In this document: piece by piece, positions 28,601 through 40,855 of the stretch
Layout: each line of letters begins with the position of its first letter
Position numbering within the stretch: position 1 is the first letter of the stretch
Assembly: GCA_043228905.1 (NCBI GenBank)
Contig: JBHGNT010000013.1
Location: forward strand, 19,344,001 to 19,408,000
Length of the DNA: 64,000 nucleotides
From: Azolla caroliniana
Lineage: Eukaryota; Plantae; Polypodiophyta
Reading direction: 5' to 3'
The notes under the pieces: model-generated
Database searches by the model: none
What the model was told of the DNA's origin: nothing
What the model saw: only the letters and a program-made list of their open reading frames with translations
Translations under genes and position numbers: made by a program

Positions 28601-31600
28601 AGCGTAGCTGTACTTCGGTAAATCATAAAGCTTATTGAACACAGACTGCTGAAACTTTAAAAGCTTGGAGTATCGTGAACTATTGATATATGTATGCCTA
28701 TCACATCCTTTACCAATAAATGATAGAAACACCCAGAATGCAGAATGCTTTGAACTGCAGTACCAGTTGACTTTGCTCTAATTGTGAGGTTACATAGATT
28801 CTACATTCATGAAACCAATAAATCCATTCTCTCACTCCAATATAGCTTGTATAGCCCCCATCTAAACATAACCAACGTGGAAAAAATAGAGTACTCCAAA
28901 CTGATATTATCAAGTTGGAACAAAATAACATAGATCAGCCCCATGAAATCACTCGGTAGAAAGATGGTCCACTATAAGACACTTTTTACACACATCAAAG
29001 GATGGATTCATCATCAGGCCCTCTTATATGTACATACATCTTTCCTATGCGCTGCACAGTGTGATAGGGCAGTTGCGAAATTTGTCCCATCAATTAGAGA
29101 TTGAGGTAGGCAAATATGCAAGAATACCTCTAGAATAAAGAATTTGCCAATTGTTACATCACGGAGTGGAATCGGAAGAACATTATGTTTGACTGTGCTG
29201 ATTTTTATGAAATAAGGAGAGATACCATTGCCTCTTTAACCATGGCTTCAGCCCACTGTGCAAGGTAATGGAACATGAGGACCAATGGCATTTGGGGGTT
29301 TTCTTGCTAGAACTCAAGAGACACGGGGAAATTGTTGACAGACAACAGTAAAATGACATAAGCTCATCAACAAAGGAGAATCACAGCTTTCTTTAGCCCC
29401 ATCATGGACTAGGACCTCACCACCCATGGAAAAATAAATTCCATTATCTCCCTCCATTGCAAATGCTTCCCTTGCTTTAAAGAGCTCTCCATTCTGGATT
29501 GACCTATGCTAAATATCTTTTGAACAAAAAAAGTACAATATATCTGACTTGAGAATCTTACATGTACAGATGACAAGATTCTTTAGTTGTGTCTTAACTA
29601 TATTTCTAATTACAATTGATCGGGCAATAGCAATTTGCCATGCACGTAGGACCCGACCCCATGGACCACAACCTTGACACCCTTGTTATCGACAGATAAA
29701 AGCCATTATCTCCAGCCATCGCATGTGCTTCCCTCGCTTCGGCGACATTTCCATTCTGGACCGACCTATGCTAGAGATCTTTCGAAGACAAAAGATACAA
29801 TATATCTAACTTCAGAATCTGACATGTGCCGAAAACCAGATTCCCTCATCTCTTTTAATCTTATATACTTTTATATTTACGGAGTATTACTTATTTTTTT
29901 GATCACGGGATACACAAATGGGCTCCAGACCAAGACATAACAAAGGGGTTACAATTGATCGGGCAATGGCAATTTGCCATGCATGTAGGCCCCGGCCCCA
30001 TGGACCACGACCTCGACCTATGCTAGAGATCTTTCCAAGACAAAAGCTACAATATACCTAACATGAGAATCTCACATGTGCCAAAAACCAGATTCCCTCG
30101 TTTCTTTTCTTTTCGTCTTATTTACTTTTATATCTACTGTGTAATATTTATTTTATTTTGATTTGTTCTCAAAGACAAGACAACACTTAAGTTGTAATCT
30201 CTTGTTTGGTCTTATAGGCCATTTTGGCCTCTTAAAAGACATTAATATATCTTTCTTCTTCTTCTTTCTTCCTTCGGTCCCTATATAGATGAGGTATCAC
30301 ATTACATAGAGAGATTCGGGGGTTCGGGAGCAGGTATAGCTATACAAATATTACTATATGTTGATGATATTGTGCTGATTTCTGACTCTCCGGAGAGACG
30401 ACAAAGACCTCTAAATTCCTTTAAACTATTTTGTACGGACAAAGGTTTGTCAATCAACATGGATAAAACTAAGGTGATGGTGTTTAACCCCACTCAAGCA
30501 TGGGTAACAAGATCACAACCAGAATTCTTCTTGGGAGGGGAAAAGGTGGAATACACATGCTCCTACACATACCTAGGAGTAACATTTACAGGGCCTACGT
30601 TCTACTTACGGGAGGCTGCTTGTGCCCGACTTTCTCGTGGATATGCTGCCCTTGGTGCTCTCGAGAGACAATGTGCACATTTGCAATTCCAAGAGCCACG
30701 AACTAAGCTATGGTTATTTGATACACTTGTCACACCAACTCTTCTCTATGGAGTGTAAACATGGGGACCGAGTCTTGACAAGACAAATCATTGGAAAGAT
30801 TTAGAGAGACCTTTAGTGTCAATGATTGCCCACATGATAAGGAGCAAAGCAACGGTGCCCCACAATATAATCCGGGTAGAGATGGGAGCAGCACCTACAA
30901 TCACCGAGGCATTGTTCCGATCAGTGACATTTATCCAACGTCTTTGGGAGCTCCCTAAACGAAGGTACCCAAGGTCGGCACTTATTTCATCAAGACAACT
31001 GGCTGAAAATGGAGACACTCATTGTTGGTATGCTGAAATGCAGCAATGGTTCGAGTCACATGGCATGAGTATAAATGCACTACCCCCGTTCCAATATAGC
31101 TTGGACTGTCCCCAACTCAATATGACCAAAGTGGAAAAGAATAAAGTGATCTGAACTTATATTATTAACTTGGAAAACAAGATACCATGGATCAGCCCCA
31201 AAATACCACTTGGTACAAAGATGGCCCACTATAAGACACATATCTTACACACATCGGAGGATGGATTCGTCATCAAGCCACCTTATATGGACATACATCT
31301 ATCCTATGCTCTGCGTAGTGTGATAGGGCAGCTGTGAACTTCATCACATCAGCTATAGATTGAGGTAGGCAGATACACACGACTTCCTCTAGAAGAAAGA
31401 ATTTGCCAATTGTGTCATCAAGGAGCGGAATCCGAAGAACACTATGTTTGTCACTTTAGTGTCTTTTATGAAATCAGAGGGAGATACCATTGCCTCTTTA
31501 AACATGGCTTTGGCCCTCTGCGCAAGGTAATGGAATATGAGGACCAACGGTGCCTAGGACTTTTCTTGCTAGACCTCAAGAAAGAAAGATATATTAACGT

Positions 31601-34600
31601 CTTTTAAGAGGCCAAAATGGCCTATAAGACCAAATAAGAGATTACATCAGGAAAAGTTGTTGAAGAATACAGCCACACAAGCTCATCCACAAAGAACAAT
31701 CACAACTTTCTTTAGCCCCATCACTCCTACTGATGCTAGAAGTCAATCAAGGGATACACAAATGGGCTCCCGACCAGGACATAACAAAGGGGTTACAATT
31801 GATCAGGCAATAGCAATTTTTCGTGCACATAGGCCCCGGCCCCATGGACCACGACCTCAACACCCTTATCATCGACAAGTAAAAGCCATTATCTCCCGCC
31901 ATCACAGATGCTTCCCTCGCTTCGGAGACCTTTCCATTCTGGATCGACCTATGCTAGAGATCTTTCAAAGACAAAAGTTACAATAAATCTAACTTGAGGA
32001 TCTCACATGTGCCGAAAACCAGTTTCCCTCATCTCTTATTTCTCTTATTTTGGCATCTTAAAAGACATTAATATATCTTTCTTTCTTTCTTCCCAGCAAT
32101 TCTTATCTACACTTAATCCCTATAAGCTGAGACATCTTCAAATTGTGCATTCACATCCTTCTTTGTATGAACTAATGTATCTCTAATGTGATAATCAATC
32201 CAGAACGAGGTAATTGATATGAGAAAATATTTACCTCGAGATCAATACGATTGAACTCATCGAAACAAGCCCAAGCACCAGAGCTTGCTAAGCCCTTGAA
32301 AAACTTTGCCATGGCTAAATAATCTAAACCATCCGAGCAATTAAAAACAACACACTGCATTGCAATTGCTTTTGCCAAGTCCTTGGTAGTTTCTGTCTTC
32401 CCTGTGCCTGTTGAAAACATAGTAAAATAGTGAACAAATTTAAACCATAGATGTGATGTGACAAAATTGGATGACAAAATGCATCCCACAAATAGAAAGA
32501 AACTTAAAATTGTCAAGGAAGAAGACACATACTATACTACCATAAATGATACTTGCAAATAAGAATCCTGGGCCACACTACTATTGCCTGTTTAAGGTTT
32601 AATTTTAGCTTCTAATTTGCTTATAAACTACCTATCATATTTATGATGAGATATAATTATGTCATTTGTATACATTTATACAGCTCTTTTAGGAAGATGG
32701 CCAACTATAAGTCACACCTTTTACACAGATCGAAGGATGGATTCATCATGAAGCCCTCTTATATGGACATACATTTATCTTATGTGCCACACTGTGTGAT
32801 AGGGCAGCTACAAACTTCTTCACATTAGTTAGAGATTCAGGTATGCCCGAATACCTCTAGAAGAAAGATCACTGAAGTGGAATAGCTCTAGTTAGAGATC
32901 CAATTGTGTCATCCAGGAGTGGAATCTGAAGATCACTATGTTTGTCATTGTACTGATTTTATGAAACAAGACAGAGATACCATTGCCTCTTTAAGTAAGG
33001 CTTTGGCCCACTACGCAAGGTAATGGAATATGAGGACCAACGATGCATGCGGCTTTTCATTCTACAACTTTAGAGACATACGGAGAAGTCGTTGAAGGAC
33101 AACAATATAGCCACACAAGCTCATCAACAAAGGACAATTACAGCTTTCTTTAGCCCCATCACTCCTACTCATGCTTCAAGTCAATCAAGAGCTACACGCC
33201 TGGCTCCCAACCAGGACATTGCAAAGGGGCTACAATTGACCGGGCAATAGCAATTTGTCATGCACATAAGCCCCCCGCCTCGTGGACCATGATTTCACAA
33301 TCCTTGTCATCGACAAATATTTGGTGTGAGGACACTAAACAAGGTAGATTTGGCGTCTCCAAATCTCTCCACCCCAAGTTTTTATCCCTTAGAGAAGACT
33401 CGGTGTTACAAATGTATCAAAATACCACTTTTTATTTGTGGTCATATATAATTATCTAAGCTCTCATGGTAACTATATGTTATCCCTGCGCATTCAATCT
33501 TCCCTTTGAGTGAGGCCATACGATTTTACAAGGTAGCTGTCTATAGTAGGTATGCATTCTGCATCATGCTCCCAAGTTTCAACCAAAATTATAGCATCAA
33601 TACCTTGTGCTACATCATTTAGTCCTAACCCTTGATCCCATGGATATCATCCGCAATTCCAAAACATGATTTTCAAATTTGAGGGTGCGATGACTTGAGT
33701 GCCACACTAAAGAGAACACCTAGAAGGTTGAGCTCATATGTGTATTCCGTATTCACAGATCGAGACTTGGTGCTTCAAAGTATGAATATCCCCTTCTTAG
33801 AAAGGAGACACACCCAAGAAAACTTTTGTACTTAGGTCCCATGGGTCAATATTGGCCTCTCTTATATACTTTTATATTTACGGAGTACTATTTACTTCTT
33901 TTTTTGATTTGTTGTTCTCAAAGACGAGACAACACTTAAGATGTAATCTCTTGTTTGGTCTTATAGGCCATTTTGGCCTCTTAAAAGACGTTAATATTTC
34001 TTTCTTTCTTTCTTTCTATGGACGCTAAAAATACCTATCTAATTGATGAATCACCGTTTCAGTAGAAATGTGTCTTGGTACGATTCACTGCACAATAGTA
34101 GTTTCCACAATTCAATGACCTCAAGCAACTTCCATTATTTAGAAGATAATGATATATTTAATGAGAATTGAATTTATGTGTTTCCATAAAACATATACAG
34201 GGCTGGAATTAATGTTACTCAAAAATGAACAAATAAGTAAATTCTTTATACTTCACTACATGATCTAAAGTAACAAAAGTAATATTTATAACCTGCGGGT
34301 CCCTCCGGAGCTCCACCCAAGTTTAAATGAAGAGCACCCATCAATGTACGATAACAACGATCTGTCAATGGCGTTATTACCAACCGGCTGCTGTTTCCCA
34401 AGTATTCAAACGCATACTTTTGAGAAGCGTTTATCATTCGCACCATGACAATGGCATTTTCATATCCATACCTACATCATCATTCCAAGCATCTCTGATT
34501 AAATACAAATAATTTATCTATGTACCAAGGTACTACATTTTTCCTATAAAGGAATTTATTTTCAAATGGTAAATTGAGGGAATGCACTCATATCAATCCT

Positions 34601-37600
34601 ACAAATGTGAGTAGTTTATCCTATTTTTCCTCCAATAGTCATAAGCAAATCACATTATGTTTCGTAGTTGTTGACATAAATGAAAATTTTGTATGTACCT
34701 AAAAACCTAAATTTTTTCCAACTCATCTCTTGACTATAGATTTGGGAACCAAGCCTTCATCAGGCTCATAACTGGATAGATTTAGAGAGACCTTTAGTCA
34801 CGATGATCACTTGCATGATAAGGAGCAAAACATGTGTCCCATGAATCCGCAGGACGGGTGGGGGGTGGGGGGATAGGAGCAGCGCCAATAGTTCCAAGAC
34901 ATTATTCCAATCAGTGACCAGTATCCAATGGATTTGGGAGTTCCCTCAGCAAAGGTACTCAAGATTGGCACTTAAGTCATCAAAATAGCAGGTTGAAAAT
35001 GGAAACAATCATTGTTGGTATACTAAAATGAAAGAATGGTTCTAGCTGCATAGCATAAGTGTAAATGCATATCCCGGTTCCAATAGCTTGGATTGTCCAC
35101 GCCTAAACATGAATAAGGGGAAAAGAATCAAGTGATCCTACATGCCATTGGATGGATTTATTATCAAGCTTTCTTATACAGATACACATCTACTTCATGT
35201 GCTGTGTATTGTGATCGGGCAGCTCAGGACCTCTTCACATAAGTAAGAAATTGAGATAGACAGATATGCACGCAAACCTACGGAAGGGGTGGGATAACCC
35301 AATTGTGATAACAAGGGGTGGAATCAGAAGACCATATGTCTGCCATTGCAATGTGTTTAATGAAATAAGAGGGAGATAGCACTGCCTCTTTAAACAACGC
35401 TTTGGTCCACTGCACAAGATCATGGAATATGACTAACAGTGATTGGCACTGTTCTTACTAGAGCTCAAGGGACATAGAGAGAAGTTGTTGAAGGGCAACA
35501 ATACAACCACAAGGTCATTAACAGAGGACAAACACAACTTTCTTTAGCCACATCATTCCTCATGCTACAAGTCAATCAAGGACTACACAACTGAATTTTC
35601 GACCACGACACTCAGAAGGGGTTACAATAGAACAGGCATAACAATATGCCACGGACATATACCACAACCATCTGGACCATGACCTCATCATCTGTGTCAC
35701 CGAAAATAAAGGTCATTACCACCCGGCACCTAAGGTACTTCCCTGACTTCAGAGATCTCACATCTTGGGGCAGCCATATTGGAGAATTTTCAAAGGAAAA
35801 AGTTTCAGTCTAAGTTTAGAATCTTAAGTTCTTAGATACATAGATTCTTTAGTACTATGGTGCAAAGTGTCGTAGGTCTGCTAACGTTTTTTTTTGCTTG
35901 CCGAAAGCATACAAGAAAAGCCAGGTATATATGGGAACCGACTCCTTTTTTTGTTGTATTATTTTGATTTGTTGCTCTCAAAGATGAGAAAATATTGTAA
36001 GATATAATCTCTTGTTTGGTCTTATAGGCCATTTTGGCCTCTTCAAAGACATTACAATAGCTTCATGTTAATATCTTTTAAGAGGAAGAAGAAGAGATCA
36101 TGTTTGGCTAAATTTGAAGAATATTTGTATCAGTTGTTCCTAGGACAAGAAAGTAGAAGAGCATGGACAATGTGTAAAGTTTAAGAGCATGGAAAATATA
36201 TAATGAGAAGCAACCTATCACACAATTGACATCACCTCAGGTGTGGTATGAATATGCAGAAGTACTATATGATATCCCCAGGCATCCCCCATTCACATGG
36301 TTCATGGCCACGTGAATTCACCTTTTTATTCCCAAAATGTAAGAAATGCCATTGACTGGTTAATACTTGGGAAGGCCCAAGATCATGATGGATTGGTAGT
36401 GAGTACTTTATCGATCCCGAAGACACTTTGTTCCTGTTGCTAACACACCTCTTTCAATAGAGCTATATGTGAATGTTTCCCTGCTCGCTAAATAAAACAC
36501 ATCATTGTTCCGGTCTTCAAGAGCAGAGATCACATGATGCCAAGCAATTATAGGATAATCATGATTGGTCGTTACTTGGCTAAACTACATAGTTCGATCC
36601 TAGATTCAGAATTGAGTGTATGGGCAGAAAGAAAGAAAGATGAATACCTTTGACGAGGCCAAAATGGCCTATAAAGACCAAACAAGAGATTACATCTTAA
36701 GTGTTGTCTCGTCTTTGAGAACAAAACAAAATAAATAACAGTCGTTCAGCTGCGCAGGCAGGCTTTCAAATGGAATTCACCACTTCGAATCACATATTGA
36801 CCCTCAGAGCCTGTATTGCGGAGGGCAATGCCCATAAAAAGAGGATTTGTTGCTTCTTTGTGGATTTCTGAAAAGACTTCGACATTGTACTGTGAGCCCT
36901 TGGAGTCCCTCTAGATATGCAATGGGAATCTATGCTGTATATGAATCCGTTTTAGAAAAAGTGCAGCAGTCCCTCAATGGGTTATCGGAGTCTGTGGCTA
37001 GCACAATTGGAGTAAATCAAGGATGCATACTATCACCCAAATCTCAGAAAATAACTCTGAGAATGCAAACCCTTGTCCCAAACAAGTCTTAGATTACAAT
37101 AATTTCATATTCGTGATTGGGCTTTCATGTATATCTCTGTTCTTTCTCTTCAAAAACTAGATTCCCCCAAATGTGCCAAAAACCAGATTCCCTTGTCATC
37201 GACAAATAAAAGCCATTATCTCCCACCATCGTAGGTGCTTCCCTTGCTTTGGAGACATTTCCATTTTGGATCGACCTATGCTAGAGATCTTTCGAAGACA
37301 AAAACTACAATATACCTAACTTGAGGATCTCACATGTGCCAAAAACCAGATTCCCTCTTTTCTTTTCTTTTCATGTTATTTACTTTTATATTTACTGTGT
37401 AATATTTATTTTATTTTGATTTGTTCTCAAAGACGAGACAACACTTAAGATGTAATCTCTTATTTGGTCTTATAGGCCATTTTGGCCTCTTAAAAGACGT
37501 TAATATATCTTTCTTTCTTTCTTTCTTCAACCTAGTGTGGGTTGCCAAAATGAGATTTGTGATATCATCCTAATTTTCTTATGTATTAAACTGGGCGACT

Positions 37601-40600
37601 TGTGGTGATAAATATACAGAATTTAAACTTTACCGCAGCTGACTTATCCATTCAAAATCAGTCTCATCGGAAATGTTGGCATCTGCCAAATTTTTCACCA
37701 CATCACGTGCATGAACATCTATCACAATGAGTGCTCCAATTGTCTTCCTTTCAAGGCTAGTAAGCTTTCCTCTCACCTAAGAACATTTTTACCAACATAA
37801 TTTAGCAGGCAGGCTAAAAATATATAGAACAACTCCCAAAAAATGACAGTTTTTTATTAATATGACCTTGTTAACAATACATTGAAGTTGTTGATTTAGT
37901 TTCTGCTGATAAGACTGCAAAGTTCCCTTCTGTATGCTATCAGCCACTTCCATGGTCCAATACATTTGAGAACTGCACAAAACTACTTGGCCTGGCCAAG
38001 ATAAGATCCATTCTACTCGGTCATGTCCTAAGTAAGCCTCATATGAGCGTAACGTTACGTCTTTCAAGCTTTCTCTCATAGCATCTTCAACCTAATCAAC
38101 ATCAGTTTTACCTTAGATAACAGACTTTATTCCAGAACAGAAATCTCCCTAAAATTTAATGTGGAAGCACAACAGCATTAAAATAAATGATTACAGGCAA
38201 ATAATTATATCCATATGCATATTTGTGCTATGTATATGCAATAACATACTTTCATCCACGCAAATAGATTGACAGCGGATTATTGAACCAAAATCCAGGT
38301 ATTGCTCTTTCTAGATATGAAGAGTTTAAAAATCAAACAGCTGTAGAATTTCTGACAGATCTAAAATATTTCTAGGTAATTAAATATATAAAAATAATAA
38401 GTCTACTGTTATGCATATATTTTCATGAGTACCAGAAACAGATCTTTCATTTACAGTTTCAGATGCAACTTTATAAAGAAATGAGTATCCTAGAATGAGA
38501 GTTGCCTGGATGAGCCATTTCTCAACTGCCCCTTGTGCATCTTTGGGATTGAAAACTTTTATAAATTCTACTTTTTCCCCTTCCTCGCTAAACATGGCAC
38601 TGATATCAAGGTTATCTTCAAACTGGAGCCGATGAATCCCTTCAAATATCTTCTTGCAGAAAGGTTGGACACGCAAAGGATCTTTGGTTTCAGCCAATAT
38701 TTCGAGTAACTCATCATTAGACAGAAAGTAGAATCTGTATATATATAAATAATAATAAAACACAAAATAAAGTTAGACGCTTTAGCACTGTAATCTGTTT
38801 TACCTTTAAGTACAGTGAAAGGACTGTCCAAATTTTCAAGAGCCAGTATATCATATATAATTTATGTCTTTAACACAAATTATGGAGCTTCACAAAGTTA
38901 TTCCATGAAAATCTGACAGTACATTGCAGATACACTTCAGAGCCCTAGTGCTATATTTCCTCGTTTATTTTATGCAGGAGAAATATGTTCTTATGGTTGA
39001 CGCAAACCTAGGAAAAGCCAGTCGCTTAGTCTCAAGATAATCATTGAGACCTTTCTGAACCATATCGAGCTGTTTATTAGCTTCCTTCAGGCTCTTCAAT
39101 AGATCCTCATCAGTTCCAACAACAAGTACTTCTGGATTTTTCATCAATTTCTCAATAATCTTTCTCCAAGATGTGTCAACAGCTTTAAACCGACGGCCTT
39201 CTGTAGGCATCTGCTGCATAATATCTTCTGAACCAAAAATAGGCTCAAGATAGAGCCATTGCTGTTGGCAATTTATCCACTCGTCAAGAACCTGTGGGTG
39301 ACAGAAACAAAATACTGTTACACTGAGTACTTGTTAATTGTACTACCATACAAAACCATCTATTATTGTAACAAATATGTTACTAGGTTAGAAAACTCAT
39401 TACACTGTGAGAAAACATTTATTCCAGACATATAGCTCAGTGCTAAATTAATGTGTCGGTGCCAATTAAGGACATATCAAAAAGAAACTACCAAAATCCT
39501 TTATGGTTCATTATTGACATAATAGGATTGGAAGCTGCAGTGACAAACAGTTTTAGAAATGATTTACAGACCTTATTTCTGTAATACACACACACACACA
39601 CATATATATATTAGTAACAATAAGCTTTATGCTGAATTGAACAGCATTTTCTAAACAATCCAGGATAATATTGCATACAACATGTCATCAATTTAATCTT
39701 TAAACGATGATACCTGTATGAAGTTTCAGTACTATCAAGGCATTTCATTTTCTTTTCAGATAAGCATGGGTGATTCATATTTGGACTGAAATGGTTCAAA
39801 ACTGTACCTCTTGCACAAAATTCAGTTTTGACAACCAAAGCTTTACACGATCCTCAAATGGAGCAATATAAGGGGATGCCTGCATTGATTGTGTTTTGGC
39901 TATATGGTCTTCCAAAAGTGTTTGTAGATCATCTAGACCCCGCAAAATAGCAATACCAGTGTCCCTATACATGACATAATCAAACTTAACACCAACCCAA
40001 TCTCCCTGCATCTTATCAAGGGCAATTTCCACTGAATACTCTTTGCTGGCAAACTCGCTAACCTGTAAAACAAAGAGTCTAATTCATGAGAAAAGTGATA
40101 AATTCATAAATCGATACAATGAGAAACTCAAAGTCTACCTCATCAATGATTGGCAAGAAAGATGGAAGGTTGAGCTGTAGTGCAGTACTTAGAGTGAAAC
40201 CAGCATGTGGAGAAAGTTCAAAGCCAAGACGATCACTTATCTTTTTCCAATGTCTATCTCTCATTCCTGGATTTCGCAGTGAAGAGATCATAGGGATGTT
40301 TACCTGACAGAATAAAATTTTCAAGGTTTAGACTGATTCACATATACCAACATTTAAATGAAATTAATTGAGGAGAACGTTTTAAATAGAACTGCATTTG
40401 AGACTGTTAAATGAGAGAATTCTGTCATAAAGTGCACAGAAAATATTTTCCTCATTTATATAGTTCACACCCTCTGGGATTTGATGGAGCTTCATAAGCT
40501 TGGAATATATTGAAACATAATATGTTCTAATAAGACCAATCTAGTTTTCAATTTTAAAATCTTTGAAACGGAAAGGCATGCTCATACAAGCAAGCAAGCT

Positions 40601-40818
40601 TACAGTATCTTGAAAAATAATCCATATTAAGATCAAGCATTCAGAGTACATGGAATGTTGAGAAACTTGGATTTCAATGTTTTAAAGTAAGGACAAATAG
40701 ATGTGAATATGGCATAAATTAGTCATTTGTAAACCAGCACGTATATATTTGTTTTGCCATATTATGCTTGTTATAGTTAAAAAACCAGTCAACTATGCTT
40801 CCATGTACTAAATCCTAG

Positions 40819-40855
<37 letters not shown>

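Noticed and set aside
34856-34877. G-rich run as a functional G-quadruplex
   Set aside because: Lies in a decayed LINE where other copies have ordinary sequence; looks like homopolymer slippage, and the fourth G-tract is short
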